Source: a virus (taxonomy: Duplodnaviria > Caudoviricetes). Taken from it: 64,000 nucleotides of DNA. Position 1 is the first letter of the stretch. Each line of letters opens with the position of its first letter. The notes under the pieces were generated by a model, which saw only the letters and a list, made by a program, of their open reading frames with translations, did no database searches and was not told where the DNA came from. Made by a program: the position numbers and the translations under genes. The stretch is taken from IMG/VR virus record IMGVR_UViG_3300029305_003884, positions 1 to 64,000 of that record, one strand, 5' to 3'. Shown in pieces: positions 28,955 through 38,932 of the stretch.

Positions 28955-29995
28955 ATGGCCAGCAATCCGTCTACTCCATATAACAGAGTCACCGAAGTCA
29001 CTCCCGTGATGCATGATACGGAGCTGTCGTCAGACAGCTACCTTCAGAAGTATTACAGTCATGCGGAAGGATTTGTTCCTAACAAATTCCATATCGGTTT
29101 CAGTGGCGAGTATGTGGAGAAGGCGTTGACCATAATGCAGATTAACTGTGCTGGGGACAAGTACACGCACGCACCGAAACTTTTCAACGGTTCGGCGTAC
29201 TTGATGAAAAAGTTCAGCAACTTCATCGCCGACCATTGGGACAACGAAAAGCGTATCCTCAATATGTTGTGGAACTGCAAGTCAGTGACACTCCCAAAGC
29301 CCACACTTGATTTGGCAAGCATCGACTCTATGGATTCAATGAAGGACCTGACGTTCAACATGCCGAAGAAAGTAAGGTCAGGTACACTGAGCCTGACAGT
29401 CGTGGAGAGCCAGTACCTAATGTGGTTCAATTTCTTCAATGCAATGTTCAACTCGCAGATTTCCCCGCTTCTCCTGCGCCCGAAGTCTGGGTTCCATAAA
29501 ATCGACATCTCGGTGGAATTACTGAATGCCGCAACGGCTAACGACTGGGACGTCGACAAGAACAAGGCGGCATTGAATATGGTCGCCCCATGGCTTACCT
29601 ATGCCCCTGGAACAAGGACTAACCTTGATGTAATTCAGATGAGCGAATACAATTCTGTCGTGCTTACTGCTGCACCGACAATAAATCCCAACAACAGCAA
29701 CATGGACCTTGCTACGTTCGATGTCGAGTTCTATGTACCAAATACACTCAACGGCGCATTCAAGAGGAGCGACCGTGGTCTTCGTGACAACACTACGACA
29801 GATAGGGCCCTAACAGGTTCAAGCGAAACCACATTGGACTACAACCTGGCGTTCTGGGAAAGGTCGAAGAAGAATATGAATGGCACTCGCCTCAGCTACG
29901 AGGCTCTCAGTGCAAAAGACGAGCAGGAATTTAACGAGAGGTATGCCCAGCGTAAGGGCTTCGTTCCAGCTCCACCTTCATCAAATGACAGATGA
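28955..29995 (+). CDS. Tail tube-like / baseplate-tube junction protein (gp54-like)
   Basis: PNKFHI, CKSVTLP, LSLTVVE, TFDVEF. Confidence 0.5.
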   Translation: MASNPSTPYNRVTEVTPVMHDTELSSDSYLQKYYSHAEGFVPNKFHIGFSGEYVEKALTIMQINCAGDKYTHAPKLFNGSAYLMKKFSNFIADHWDNEKRILNMLWNCKSVTLPKPTLDLASIDSMDSMKDLTFNMPKKVRSGTLSLTVVESQYLMWFNFFNAMFNSQISPLLLRPKSGFHKIDISVELLNAATANDWDVDKNKAALNMVAPWLTYAPGTRTNLDVIQMSEYNSVVLTAAPTINPNNSNMDLATFDVEFYVPNTLNGAFKRSDRGLRDNTTTDRALTGSSETTLDYNLAFWERSKKNMNGTRLSYEALSAKDEQEFNERYAQRKGFVPAPPSSNDR

Positions 29996-29996
29996 G

Positions 29997-31055
29997 CTAC
30001 TTTATAAGGGTAGTTATCTTCTGCTGAAGATTCAATGTCTTAAAGTTTCCGAACAGAGGAAGAAGCTTCGAGTACGCATCGTACATTCGGAGGTTGTTCT
30101 TCGTCATCGGAATATCGGAAGTAGGAACGTCAAGGATGGACATCAACTTCTTTGAATAGAGCTTACGAACATCGTTCCCATACTTGCAAATACCCCAGTG
30201 TGCCATAGTCGGGGTACGGATAATTCCGTTATCAAAATCGTTGGCAAATATCGACGGCAACTCGCATGGCACGGCAGTCATCACACAGCGGTCGAAGATG
30301 CCGCTACGGTAGCCTAGGTAATGGTCGACACGGTTGTCCATAAAGGTCACGTACTCGATAGAACGGTCTGTCAGGAACCTCGTGCAGTCTTCCTTGGTCG
30401 CCGTGAACACGGGAATCTTGTCCTTCTTCAATATCCGCTTGCATATCTCGTTGTAGCTGATTCTCGGCTTATACCACATGTTGATGCCATCCGAATCAAT
30501 CTGGTTCAGGTTGAACTCGTAAAGATATCCGTTTAGGGTAATGTTGCTAGTCGGGATGCCCGCCCACCTAGTGGCACTGACATTCCTGATGATGCCGTCG
30601 ACGAACCATTTCGGGAGATACTGCTTGAACATGGTTATCAGTCGGGTCGGCGAGTTGGACATGTCCTTGAATATCGCCTGCACATGCTCATCGAGGTATC
30701 CGTCTCGAACAGCCTTCCATTCCTCGACATCGTCGAAGCTGAGCTTGTTGAACGGAAGCGTTATTAACCCGTTGTGGCTGTTCTTGAATTTCAGTTTCTC
30801 GTACGGGATATACAGGAAGTCACATCCAGGAAACTCGTCAAATTCAAGGTCTGGGAGAATGACACTGAGACGCTTGGCATCGTCATACGAGATGAAATCA
30901 TTGTACTTGTCCAGCGGTTCACCCAAGGTTCCCGTGCTGTAAAACACCACGTTGTTTTCTACGTTCTGGGCCTGGTTGTGAGCCTCGATAACAGAGTCGA
31001 GCGTATAACCGACCACTATCCTTTTTATGCTATGTTCGTTAATGTCCGTCATCAT
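29997..31055 (-). CDS. Degenerate UDP-galactopyranose mutase (Glf)-like protein
   Basis: TLPFN, YNEICKRIL, RVDHYLGY..G resemble Glf; the GxGxxG motif is lost (VVGYTLDS). Confidence 0.5.
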   Translation of the reverse strand: MMTDINEHSIKRIVVGYTLDSVIEAHNQAQNVENNVVFYSTGTLGEPLDKYNDFISYDDAKRLSVILPDLEFDEFPGCDFLYIPYEKLKFKNSHNGLITLPFNKLSFDDVEEWKAVRDGYLDEHVQAIFKDMSNSPTRLITMFKQYLPKWFVDGIIRNVSATRWAGIPTSNITLNGYLYEFNLNQIDSDGINMWYKPRISYNEICKRILKKDKIPVFTATKEDCTRFLTDRSIEYVTFMDNRVDHYLGYRSGIFDRCVMTAVPCELPSIFANDFDNGIIRTPTMAHWGICKYGNDVRKLYSKKLMSILDVPTSDIPMTKNNLRMYDAYSKLLPLFGNFKTLNLQQKITTLIK

Positions 31056-31504
31056 TGCTCCTTCATCGCAGACAATACCTTCTTCATGCCGATATTTTTC
31101 TGTATGTACGGGTAAATATGCTTATCCAACCACTTAGCGTCTGGAAGACCAGTGTATATGTCGAAAATCTTGCCGTCGGGTTCGCAGAATATGTGCATCG
31201 GTTTAAGGGTTAGACCCAGGTTCGTGTATATCTTGCATTTCTCGGGTTCTGGTTCGACCACTATCTTGACCATGTAGTTGGAGCTGTCCAGCAGACCCTT
31301 CTTGTAGAACCAGTCGTGAATGTCGGCGAGGGAAGACCTGCAGCGAGGGCAATCGTTATCACCATCGTAGAAGATGAACAGCCACATCAAAGTGTTTCGG
31401 TCGACAAATTTGGAAAAGCACTCATTGCCAAAATCTACCAGTTGCTGGGACAACGGCTTATAGAGCCCAACATCGAATTTTCCATCACAACAAAGCTTAC
31501 CCAT
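31052..31504 (-). CDS. Thioredoxin-fold protein
   Basis: FIFY....CPRC, cis-Pro-like LKP, DGKI...TG. Confidence 0.65.
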   Translation of the reverse strand: MGKLCCDGKFDVGLYKPLSQQLVDFGNECFSKFVDRNTLMWLFIFYDGDNDCPRCRSSLADIHDWFYKKGLLDSSNYMVKIVVEPEPEKCKIYTNLGLTLKPMHIFCEPDGKIFDIYTGLPDAKWLDKHIYPYIQKNIGMKKVLSAMKEQ

Positions 31505-31544
31505 AGGTGCATACAGCTACTTTACAATGGATAAAATACATTTT

Positions 31545-32852
31545 TTACACTTTTTTAGCCGCATCATTGTATTCAGGGAACTTGATTTTCGCCATTTCTT
31601 CCTCGATTTCCTTCGGATGCCCGTAAAGAAGGTTCGGAGAACCGAGAGTAAGCATGGTGATTATCGTGTCTTCTGAACTGCTTCTGACATTACCGCCGCC
31701 ATCGTTTTTAATTATCTGCTTGGCCAGAACGATATATTCGTCGCAGTATATCGGGTCAGGGGCGAAGAAGTCGTCCCTCAATTCCTTGGACTTGACATAC
31801 ACGTATACCGACGACCCGACATCGGGACCAATCACGTTTGTCAATGTTATGTTCATTTTCTTGCCAAGGCTAGCCATATAGCGGCGACGGATGATAGGAG
31901 ATACCTGATACATGTTGTGGGTGTTCACCGTACAGTCCCTAATCATGTACGGCTTTCCGAAACTATATCCAGCTGGGCCGAACGAGTTGTCGATTTCCGC
32001 CTGGTTAGTATAGCCAGCACCCTTCAGGAGCTTTTCGAAACACGGGTTGTCGCACAAGCCAACATCAGGCTTGTTGTCGGTAAGGGTCATGTAAGTGATA
32101 TGCGGGAACAGGTCTTGCTTATGCTTGCCTGCATCGCTCCACCTATTATCCGTTGTATAGAACCAGGTGACATACCCAGAATCGGAATCCGTAAACATCG
32201 ACGCATTGCCTCCTCGCTTTGCGTCTACGTGGTACATTAACAACTGGGGTTTATAATACTCCTTAGAACGGGTGATGCTGGATACGATGTAGTTGCATTT
32301 CTCCGTCGAGAACGTGTAATAGACATAGTCTCCTTCAAGGAACGAATGCTCAACGATATCGTTCAGTGTTGCCTCCATATCAGACTTTACGACAATCCAG
32401 TTCATCATGTCGCCCGTAGTCTTCGGCGGGATGACAATGACAGGTTCATCAATCTGACGGTGCTTGAACACCTGCTGCATGGTCTCGGTCGATGTTCCGT
32501 ATTTCTGGAACGTCCTCGTGTCCATGGTCTCGAAAGCGCCTAGACGGAAGGAAATATGCTGGAAACTGTTGTTCGTACCAGGAACTATCTCGATGGATGT
32601 GTCGGTGACGACGAAGGTCAAAGCGGTACCGTCCATCGCCTCACTGCCAGTATTGTCAAATTTCATGACACCGTATTCACCCGTATGGATGATGGCGTCC
32701 GAGTCTTCGACGTTTTGTACAGTAGCTATTCCATAAGGGACGGCGTTCAACGGTATGTTAAGGACAAACTTAGTCACTAGGGAATTTGGATATACCCTTC
32801 CCATGAGGTAGATTTCAACCGAAGCGTTGTCAATGTTTTCTATGCCAAGCAT
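31545..32852 (-). CDS. Baseplate hub-like structural protein (gp27-like)
   Basis: Position in baseplate operon; beta-rich, GPDVGSSVYV...YIV. Confidence 0.45.
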   Translation of the reverse strand: MLGIENIDNASVEIYLMGRVYPNSLVTKFVLNIPLNAVPYGIATVQNVEDSDAIIHTGEYGVMKFDNTGSEAMDGTALTFVVTDTSIEIVPGTNNSFQHISFRLGAFETMDTRTFQKYGTSTETMQQVFKHRQIDEPVIVIPPKTTGDMMNWIVVKSDMEATLNDIVEHSFLEGDYVYYTFSTEKCNYIVSSITRSKEYYKPQLLMYHVDAKRGGNASMFTDSDSGYVTWFYTTDNRWSDAGKHKQDLFPHITYMTLTDNKPDVGLCDNPCFEKLLKGAGYTNQAEIDNSFGPAGYSFGKPYMIRDCTVNTHNMYQVSPIIRRRYMASLGKKMNITLTNVIGPDVGSSVYVYVKSKELRDDFFAPDPIYCDEYIVLAKQIIKNDGGGNVRSSSEDTIITMLTLGSPNLLYGHPKEIEEEMAKIKFPEYNDAAKKV

Positions 32853-32862
32853 AAATGCCTAC

Positions 32863-33306
32863 CTATCTGATATTTGTATCGTATTTCTTCAGCCATTCCA
32901 ATGAAGCGTTTAGCTGCGGGATAACGAGCGTTCCGCCTACGGTAACCTCGCTGACCACCCCGTTAAACAGGTTGTTGTAATGTAGCCAGTACTCTGGGGT
33001 TATTTCAAGTTCATCGAGCATCTTCTTGTACTCGGTTTCCAGTTGCTCACCACGATACCCCTTCATGTACAACTCGTTGTACACACTTTCCTCGAATATG
33101 CGGACTGAGTCACGGCAAGGAAGCGGGTTTCGGATATGGTTCGCTGCACACAGCACCTTGCACATTCTGCTGCTTCCCATAGAACGACGGGCGATGATAT
33201 CAGGGCGTCCCTGTTCATAACCTTGAACCGTGTCCAAGGTCAGCATGGAAAGCTCGTCATCTCTGAATCTAGGGTAATTTGATTCATCAGCCATATCGAC
33301 CTCCAT
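32863..33306 (-). CDS. Baseplate wedge protein (gp53/LysM-like)
   Basis: GRPDIIA...G...KVLCAANHIRNP and GGTLVIP. Confidence 0.7.
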   Translation of the reverse strand: MEVDMADESNYPRFRDDELSMLTLDTVQGYEQGRPDIIARRSMGSSRMCKVLCAANHIRNPLPCRDSVRIFEESVYNELYMKGYRGEQLETEYKKMLDELEITPEYWLHYNNLFNGVVSEVTVGGTLVIPQLNASLEWLKKYDTNIR

Positions 33307-34760
33307 TATTTCTTCTCAGAATTCTTCTCGGGAATAGGATAGAACAAATTGTCGCCAATCAAGTGTATGAAGTCATGGTTCGGGCCAGGCGTCATCCACG
33401 GTTTCAGCGTGACATTCACCTGCATTGTCACGGGAATGCTTGCACCAATGCTGTTGATAAACAGTTCTTCCGACGGAGTGATGGTGACGTTTTCGATAAC
33501 CATGGGTTCGACATCAAGGATATTTCCTATCGTAAGGCGGACAGGGTTTGGAACAAGCACGAAGTTTCCTCCGATGAACTTGCTTCCCTCGATATACGCC
33601 TGCAACACCTTGGTGATAATTGTATTCATGTCATCGACAAGTTTTTGCTTGTTGCCATCGGAAAACTTTCCGTCGTCGCTAATGTCTTTGGCATTTTCGT
33701 CAATCGTGTTACCGATTGCATCCATGCCCTGAGTGATAATGTTTCCAATAGAGTTTCCTACGGCCACACCACTTCCTGCGGCATCAACGACGGCATCGTT
33801 TGCTCGTCCATTTTTGTTCTCGGTAAGCGCTCTGATTCCAGGAACATCTCCAAGAAGTTCCTCGCCTGAACTAACAACGGCACTTCCAGCATCTATCCAC
33901 GCCTGACCAACACCTTTAAGCGAATCCTTTATGTTCTTCGCATTGATGAACGACTGCTGCATACCTGCATTCGTCGCCGCTTTCAGGTTATCATAAAAAT
34001 CCGTCTTGTCCGTGTAAGCGTTCCTTACATACGCAAGTTGCAAAAGCCTGTGGATAGAAAGACGGAACAAGTCCTCCTGCTCTGGCATATACCAAGTGAA
34101 GGTAAGCGTGGCAGGAATTTCCATCGAAGAACCAGAAAACGTCTTCAATGTAGATGCACCCGTAGTGGAAGAAACCATTCCATACAGTTCAGTGCTGGAG
34201 TCAAGCCTATTGCTCATGCCGCCAAGGAAGGATGTGATTTTGTCCGTAAGACCGTTGCCTGCGTTCTTGTTATCCTCAGGGCCACTCATAATCAACGATG
34301 CAAGAGCACCACCAGCAGCACCCAAGCCGAAGCCCGTAGCGTCATATCCACCGAGGGCATTACCGAGAGCTTCTCCTGCGCTGGCTCCAAGAGGCATGGC
34401 TACCGCAGGGGATTTCAATATCTGAACGGCACGGTCAAATGAACTTTTTCCAGTTTCTTGATTCCAATGGCTTGAAAATTGGAGACGCAATCCCCTCAAA
34501 TCACCTGGAGTCAATATGCCATAAAACGGCTTAAAGGCATCGGGGTTCATCGCATACGCAATCCTAAGCTTCAATGCATCGGCTGCGGCATGAACAGGGC
34601 CAAGGAACGCCTGACGGGCGGACGGACCGAGAGGCTCAATTCTCACCACGTTAGGATTCAGTTCATTGACTGAATTTCGGATTGCACCTTTCGCATCCTT
34701 AGAGTAAGATTCCTTTACGGTGTAACGGGTTCTCTTTCCAAATATTCCCTTCTCTGACAT
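33306..34760 (-). CDS. Baseplate tail-tube cap-like protein (gp48-like)
   Basis: TFTW.., PNPVRLTIG...PMVIENVTIT..., PVTMQVNVTL. Confidence 0.55.
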   Translation of the reverse strand: MSEKGIFGKRTRYTVKESYSKDAKGAIRNSVNELNPNVVRIEPLGPSARQAFLGPVHAAADALKLRIAYAMNPDAFKPFYGILTPGDLRGLRLQFSSHWNQETGKSSFDRAVQILKSPAVAMPLGASAGEALGNALGGYDATGFGLGAAGGALASLIMSGPEDNKNAGNGLTDKITSFLGGMSNRLDSSTELYGMVSSTTGASTLKTFSGSSMEIPATLTFTWYMPEQEDLFRLSIHRLLQLAYVRNAYTDKTDFYDNLKAATNAGMQQSFINAKNIKDSLKGVGQAWIDAGSAVVSSGEELLGDVPGIRALTENKNGRANDAVVDAAGSGVAVGNSIGNIITQGMDAIGNTIDENAKDISDDGKFSDGNKQKLVDDMNTIITKVLQAYIEGSKFIGGNFVLVPNPVRLTIGNILDVEPMVIENVTITPSEELFINSIGASIPVTMQVNVTLKPWMTPGPNHDFIHLIGDNLFYPIPEKNSEKK

Positions 34761-34763
34761 AAA

Positions 34764-36464
34764 CTAACCCCTAACAATTCTTTCAACTTCGTCCAGGTAA
34801 GCCGCATCACGTTTCTTATCGGCATCAGTGTCACGCATGTTCTCTGCAACGGACTTGCCTATTTCCGCAGCAAGTACCTGAATTTCTTCTTTTGTCAACG
34901 ACATCCTATTGAACATCTGTATTTCATTCAATGCAGGAGTGATATCCCGTTCAGCCCTGGCCTCCATATCCATTCGAGCGTCCAATACCTGAGGCTCTTC
35001 TTCAAGGGAAGTCGCTCGATTCGTTTCCTCGTCGAACTGAACATTCTTATCGGCAGCTGCCTGGTCGAGACGTTTACTGTCCTCAGGAGCGACCTGTTCT
35101 TCGTGAGATTCCAACGGGGTTTCATCCTGGTTGTTCATGGCATCGGTCGCACCCGAAATATCGTTTGCCAGCTCTGTTATGGAATCTGACAGTGAAGGCT
35201 CGGTGTCTTCATTATTGACGGCATCCTGCTTCTTCATTGATTCAATCAATTCCATTTCGTTTTGCTTGGCCGTATCGACAAGCTCACGGATACTGTTCAA
35301 GCTATCCTCGGCAAGTTCGACAGATTGGTTTTCAGGCATCGCCACGTCAACGTGTACATTGGTTGGCTGCGGTTCGTTGACATCCGTATTTGCTAACGAC
35401 TCACCCAGCTCGTCCAGCATGTTGTCGATGCTGTCGTTGATTTTACCCAAGTTCTCGTTTACTTCGGCGACCGCAGTTTCGGTTACGGACGGAACATCGT
35501 TGGGTTCAACATCGGGTTGAGGTACATCGACCTCATCTGGCTCGGTCAATTTCTGGCCAATATCGTTAAGCAATGAGTTCTGTTCTGCCTGGGCCGCCGC
35601 AATATCCCCAAGCAAGGTTTCCTCCTTGCTAGGTTCATCGGGAGCGGTATCCACATTGGCCTCATTTTCCTCGGTATCGGTCAGCTTCTGACCAATGTCG
35701 TTCAACAGCACATTCTGTTCCGTCTGGGCAGAAACAATGTCTTTAAGCAGGGTTTCCTCTGGACTCGGCTCATCGGGCTTGTCTTCAGAGGACGGCTCGT
35801 CAAGGTTGACATCGCCAAGTTTCTGACCAATGTCGGAAAGCAAAGAGTTCTGTTCCGTCTGTGCGGACACGATGTCGTTAAGCAAGGTTTCCTCCTTGCT
35901 CGGGGCATCGGCTTCACGCTCGACCTTGTCAGGTTCCGTATCCGTCTCAGGAAGTTGGACATCTACCTTGACTTCGACGGGCTTTACATCTTCCTTGACG
36001 ACGTCGGTGTTTTCGTCCACTTTTTCGTCGTCCTTCTCTTCGACCTCTTTCAGGGCCATATCGTTGAACATGGCCTCATCCCGTTTCACGTCAGCTTTAA
36101 GGGCTTCACCCTGGATTTCCAGAATACGGTCCAAGTCATTCTGAATTTTTGCGAAATGCTCCGCCTGTTTCTCAGATTCGGCCTTTTGCTCTTGATTCTC
36201 TTCTTTCTTTCGGAAGGCATCCCTGACCTCGTTAAGGGACTCTGCAATATCGCTATTGTCGATAGCGCTACCGAACTGTTCAACCAGCTTGTCATTCATG
36301 TTCTTTGCATTTGCCGACTGCTGTTCAAGAAAGTCCTTCATCGTCTGTTCTTTAGGCAATGCGGCGAGGGCGTCAGCGATAGACTTGACGCTTTCGTTGG
36401 TCTGAGCCGTATTTCCAGCCTGATTAGACGTTGCAGTCGTTGTATTTTGCGTTGTAGAGGCCAT
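34764..36464 (-). CDS. Acidic helical late protein with internal repeats (possible tape-measure/hub component)
   Basis: First gene of the baseplate operon after a late promoter; D/E-rich. Confidence 0.6.
   Translation of the reverse strand: MASTTQNTTTATSNQAGNTAQTNESVKSIADALAALPKEQTMKDFLEQQSANAKNMNDKLVEQFGSAIDNSDIAESLNEVRDAFRKKEENQEQKAESEKQAEHFAKIQNDLDRILEIQGEALKADVKRDEAMFNDMALKEVEEKDDEKVDENTDVVKEDVKPVEVKVDVQLPETDTEPDKVEREADAPSKEETLLNDIVSAQTEQNSLLSDIGQKLGDVNLDEPSSEDKPDEPSPEETLLKDIVSAQTEQNVLLNDIGQKLTDTEENEANVDTAPDEPSKEETLLGDIAAAQAEQNSLLNDIGQKLTEPDEVDVPQPDVEPNDVPSVTETAVAEVNENLGKINDSIDNMLDELGESLANTDVNEPQPTNVHVDVAMPENQSVELAEDSLNSIRELVDTAKQNEMELIESMKKQDAVNNEDTEPSLSDSITELANDISGATDAMNNQDETPLESHEEQVAPEDSKRLDQAAADKNVQFDEETNRATSLEEEPQVLDARMDMEARAERDITPALNEIQMFNRMSLTKEEIQVLAAEIGKSVAENMRDTDADKKRDAAYLDEVERIVRG
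35548..35910 (-). repeat. Three 135-nt-period coding repeats
   Basis: PSxEETLLxDIxxAQxEQNxLLxDIGQKL three times. Confidence 0.9.
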
Positions 36465-36486
36465 AATGCACCTGTCGATTCAATGA

Positions 36487-36528
36487 TAGTTTATAATGCC
36501 GCCACGATTTTCGACCAATTATAAACTA
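36487..36528. promoter_or_regulatory. Back-to-back late promoters
   Basis: TAGTTTATA at 36487-36495 and TATAAACTA at 36520-36528. Confidence 0.8.
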
Positions 36529-36555
36529 TTATCGAAACATGCGGCATACCAACAA

Positions 36556-38262
36556 ATGGCAAAGTGTATTACAGAAGTAATTTCGCCCAGACAGGAAACC
36601 TCGGCGACACAATCGGATTCGACAATCCTGAGCAGCTTTACCGAAGCTGTCGAAAAGACCGCCAATTCGATTAACGATGTCACGAGCAAGCTGGAAGCCA
36701 CCAACTGTACGAAGGTGGTCTTTGACTGGTGCAGGGATACCATGGGCATAAATGCCTATGCCGCAGTGGGCATGTTGTCCAACCTGAACAAGAGTTTCAC
36801 CGCATACAACAGTTTCAACTTCCCTGTCAGTATTGACGGGGCGCTCACGTTGAGCAAGAGCCTCTGTCAGACGATAGGTACGTGGATTGCATGGATTCAG
36901 GCGACAATCGACATCGCAACGAAGGCGGCGTTCGTCCTGTTCGCAAAGATTGATGCCGCCCGTCTCCGTCTGGAAGAAGCATTGCTTAGATTCAATGCCG
37001 CCGTATTCAAGTGCATTACGGACGTGCTGTCAGCAAGTCTGGAAGTCGGTGATGGTGTAAGCGTCACCCTCGACTTCAAGTGGGAAGAGTTGTACCAAAT
37101 CATGGTTGACTGCCCGTGCTTCTGCCGTGCAATCGCATGCGTGACGGGCTGCAACAGGGATGCGGACGGAAACGACATGTCCAGAGACCCCGACTTCGTT
37201 ATCGAGTGTCTCAAAGAAAAGTTCCCGCTGAGTCTCGGCATCGGTGCTGGCCGCGGTGGAGCCCTCTCGGGTTCTCTTAACGACCTGCTTTACGATTTCC
37301 TGCTGAAACTCTACAACAGCATCAAGGCAGCCATCGAGATGACGTTCGAGATGCTCATGAAGCCTCTCAGGGCCCTCATCAAGGCTTATGCCGACCTGTT
37401 GACCCAGAAGTTCGATGTAAGCGGGTTCATCAAGATGGTGGGCAACTTCGAGTGCTTCTTCATCTACACCCTTGAATGGAAGAACAACAGAGAGTTCTAC
37501 GGAATGTCGATTATCGACATGATTAACACGTTCAAGAGCTGGACTGTCTGTTTCAGCCATCTTTGCCCAGGCCTCATGAAGGACATCGAGGCGAAGATTA
37601 AGGAGATTAACGAGAACCTCCGCCTAAACGACGTGTTCTGGCAGGGAGCTTTCGAGGCAGACCTGTACGACCAGTGCATCGCCGCAAAGCTCGGCTACAA
37701 GTCCTTTTCCGAATATGAGTTCCGTAAGATTTACCGTGACAACCCCAAGACCCAGTTCGATTCCCTACTTTCGCAACTTGAAGCGACTGGAATAAAGAAG
37801 ATATGCCGAGACCATAAGAGGTCTAGTTCAGCGAACACGCCGACAAGCAAGGTAGAGGAAGCCATCCAGTTCAGGACGGCCCCAGACAGGGAGAACGAGG
37901 TAAACGTAGGCGAAAAGCCGATATCCAAATCCGAACAGAAGAAGTGCGTATCCATCGCCCACAACTTGGTCGATAAGACAGTGAGCCCGTACTTCACGGA
38001 GAAGTTCTATCAGCTACTCAGGCTGCTCGGAGACTACGAGTTGAGTTCAGATACCGTCGACGACCTGACGGAGATACTTGACAACTGCAGCAAGAAGGTA
38101 TATCCTGTAAACATGAACAGACCGTTTACGCCGTTCCCGTCAAACCAGTCGGCAAGGCCAGAAATTGAGGTCTATCCTGCCGATATCGAGGTGACTTACG
38201 AACTCGTGGACGACTACAACGAAGATACAATTAAATCAATTCTAGGCAAGTATGCCGAATAG
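36556..38262 (+). CDS. Cys-rich helical late protein of unknown function
   Basis: Start reassigned to MAKCIT downstream of the promoter. Confidence 0.7.
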   Translation: MAKCITEVISPRQETSATQSDSTILSSFTEAVEKTANSINDVTSKLEATNCTKVVFDWCRDTMGINAYAAVGMLSNLNKSFTAYNSFNFPVSIDGALTLSKSLCQTIGTWIAWIQATIDIATKAAFVLFAKIDAARLRLEEALLRFNAAVFKCITDVLSASLEVGDGVSVTLDFKWEELYQIMVDCPCFCRAIACVTGCNRDADGNDMSRDPDFVIECLKEKFPLSLGIGAGRGGALSGSLNDLLYDFLLKLYNSIKAAIEMTFEMLMKPLRALIKAYADLLTQKFDVSGFIKMVGNFECFFIYTLEWKNNREFYGMSIIDMINTFKSWTVCFSHLCPGLMKDIEAKIKEINENLRLNDVFWQGAFEADLYDQCIAAKLGYKSFSEYEFRKIYRDNPKTQFDSLLSQLEATGIKKICRDHKRSSSANTPTSKVEEAIQFRTAPDRENEVNVGEKPISKSEQKKCVSIAHNLVDKTVSPYFTEKFYQLLRLLGDYELSSDTVDDLTEILDNCSKKVYPVNMNRPFTPFPSNQSARPEIEVYPADIEVTYELVDDYNEDTIKSILGKYAE

Positions 38263-38270
38263 GGGGAGAA

Positions 38271-38795
38271 ATGATTTACGGAACAAAGACGAAGCATGCT
38301 CGTTACAAGTTGCTGCATCCAGAAAAGTACATGGAAAACCTTGCCGCACCCATCTGCAAGTCATCTTGGGAGGAACGTATTTTCCAGGCGATGGACCAGA
38401 ACAACTACGTTCTGAAATGGGGTTATGAACCCGATTTCGAAATCTACTATATGTCGCCGAAGCTGCACAAGATGAGCAAGTACTTCCCCGACATCTACTG
38501 CGAATGCAAGTCAGATAAGGATAGCAAGGTAAACAAGTTCCTCATCGAAATCAAGCCAGAGAAGTTCTCCATCATGCCGAAACCGCCGAAGGCATTGACC
38601 GAGGGTGCTAACCCGAAGAAGGTACGTGCCCATCAGAAGAAGATGGCCCGCTATTACATGCAGTGCGAGGAAGTGATGGTAAACCAGGCAAAATGGGCGG
38701 CAGCACGAAACTGGTGCGCCAACCGAGGCGTAAACTGGATTGTCCTGACAGAGGAAAACGTGTGCGGCCTGTTTGATAGAGGCGCACATACATAG
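38271..38795 (+). CDS. Head completion nuclease (T4 gp4-like)
   Basis: SSWE, KWGYE, YFPD, LIEIKP, NQAKWAAA...LTE. Confidence 0.92.
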   Translation: MIYGTKTKHARYKLLHPEKYMENLAAPICKSSWEERIFQAMDQNNYVLKWGYEPDFEIYYMSPKLHKMSKYFPDIYCECKSDKDSKVNKFLIEIKPEKFSIMPKPPKALTEGANPKKVRAHQKKMARYYMQCEEVMVNQAKWAAARNWCANRGVNWIVLTEENVCGLFDRGAHT

Positions 38796-38801
38796 ATAGC
38801 A

Positions 38802-38829
38802 AAAGGGCTGCCCCGAAGGACAGCCCTTT
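38802..38829. terminator. Bidirectional intrinsic terminator
   Basis: AAAGGGCTG...CAGCCCTTT between convergent genes. Confidence 0.75.
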
Positions 38830-38932
38830 CACTCACTCCAACAACCTTAGAAAAAATACACCAAAAGCACGGCAAGAGATACCAGGATTACGACCCAGGC
38901 TAAAATCTTGTCGGTTTCTGGCGTATACTTCA

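Noticed and set aside
38271-38795. TnsA transposase of a Tn7-like element
   Set aside because: Motifs and context fit the T4 gp4 head completion protein; no tnsB/tnsC genes or transposon ends.
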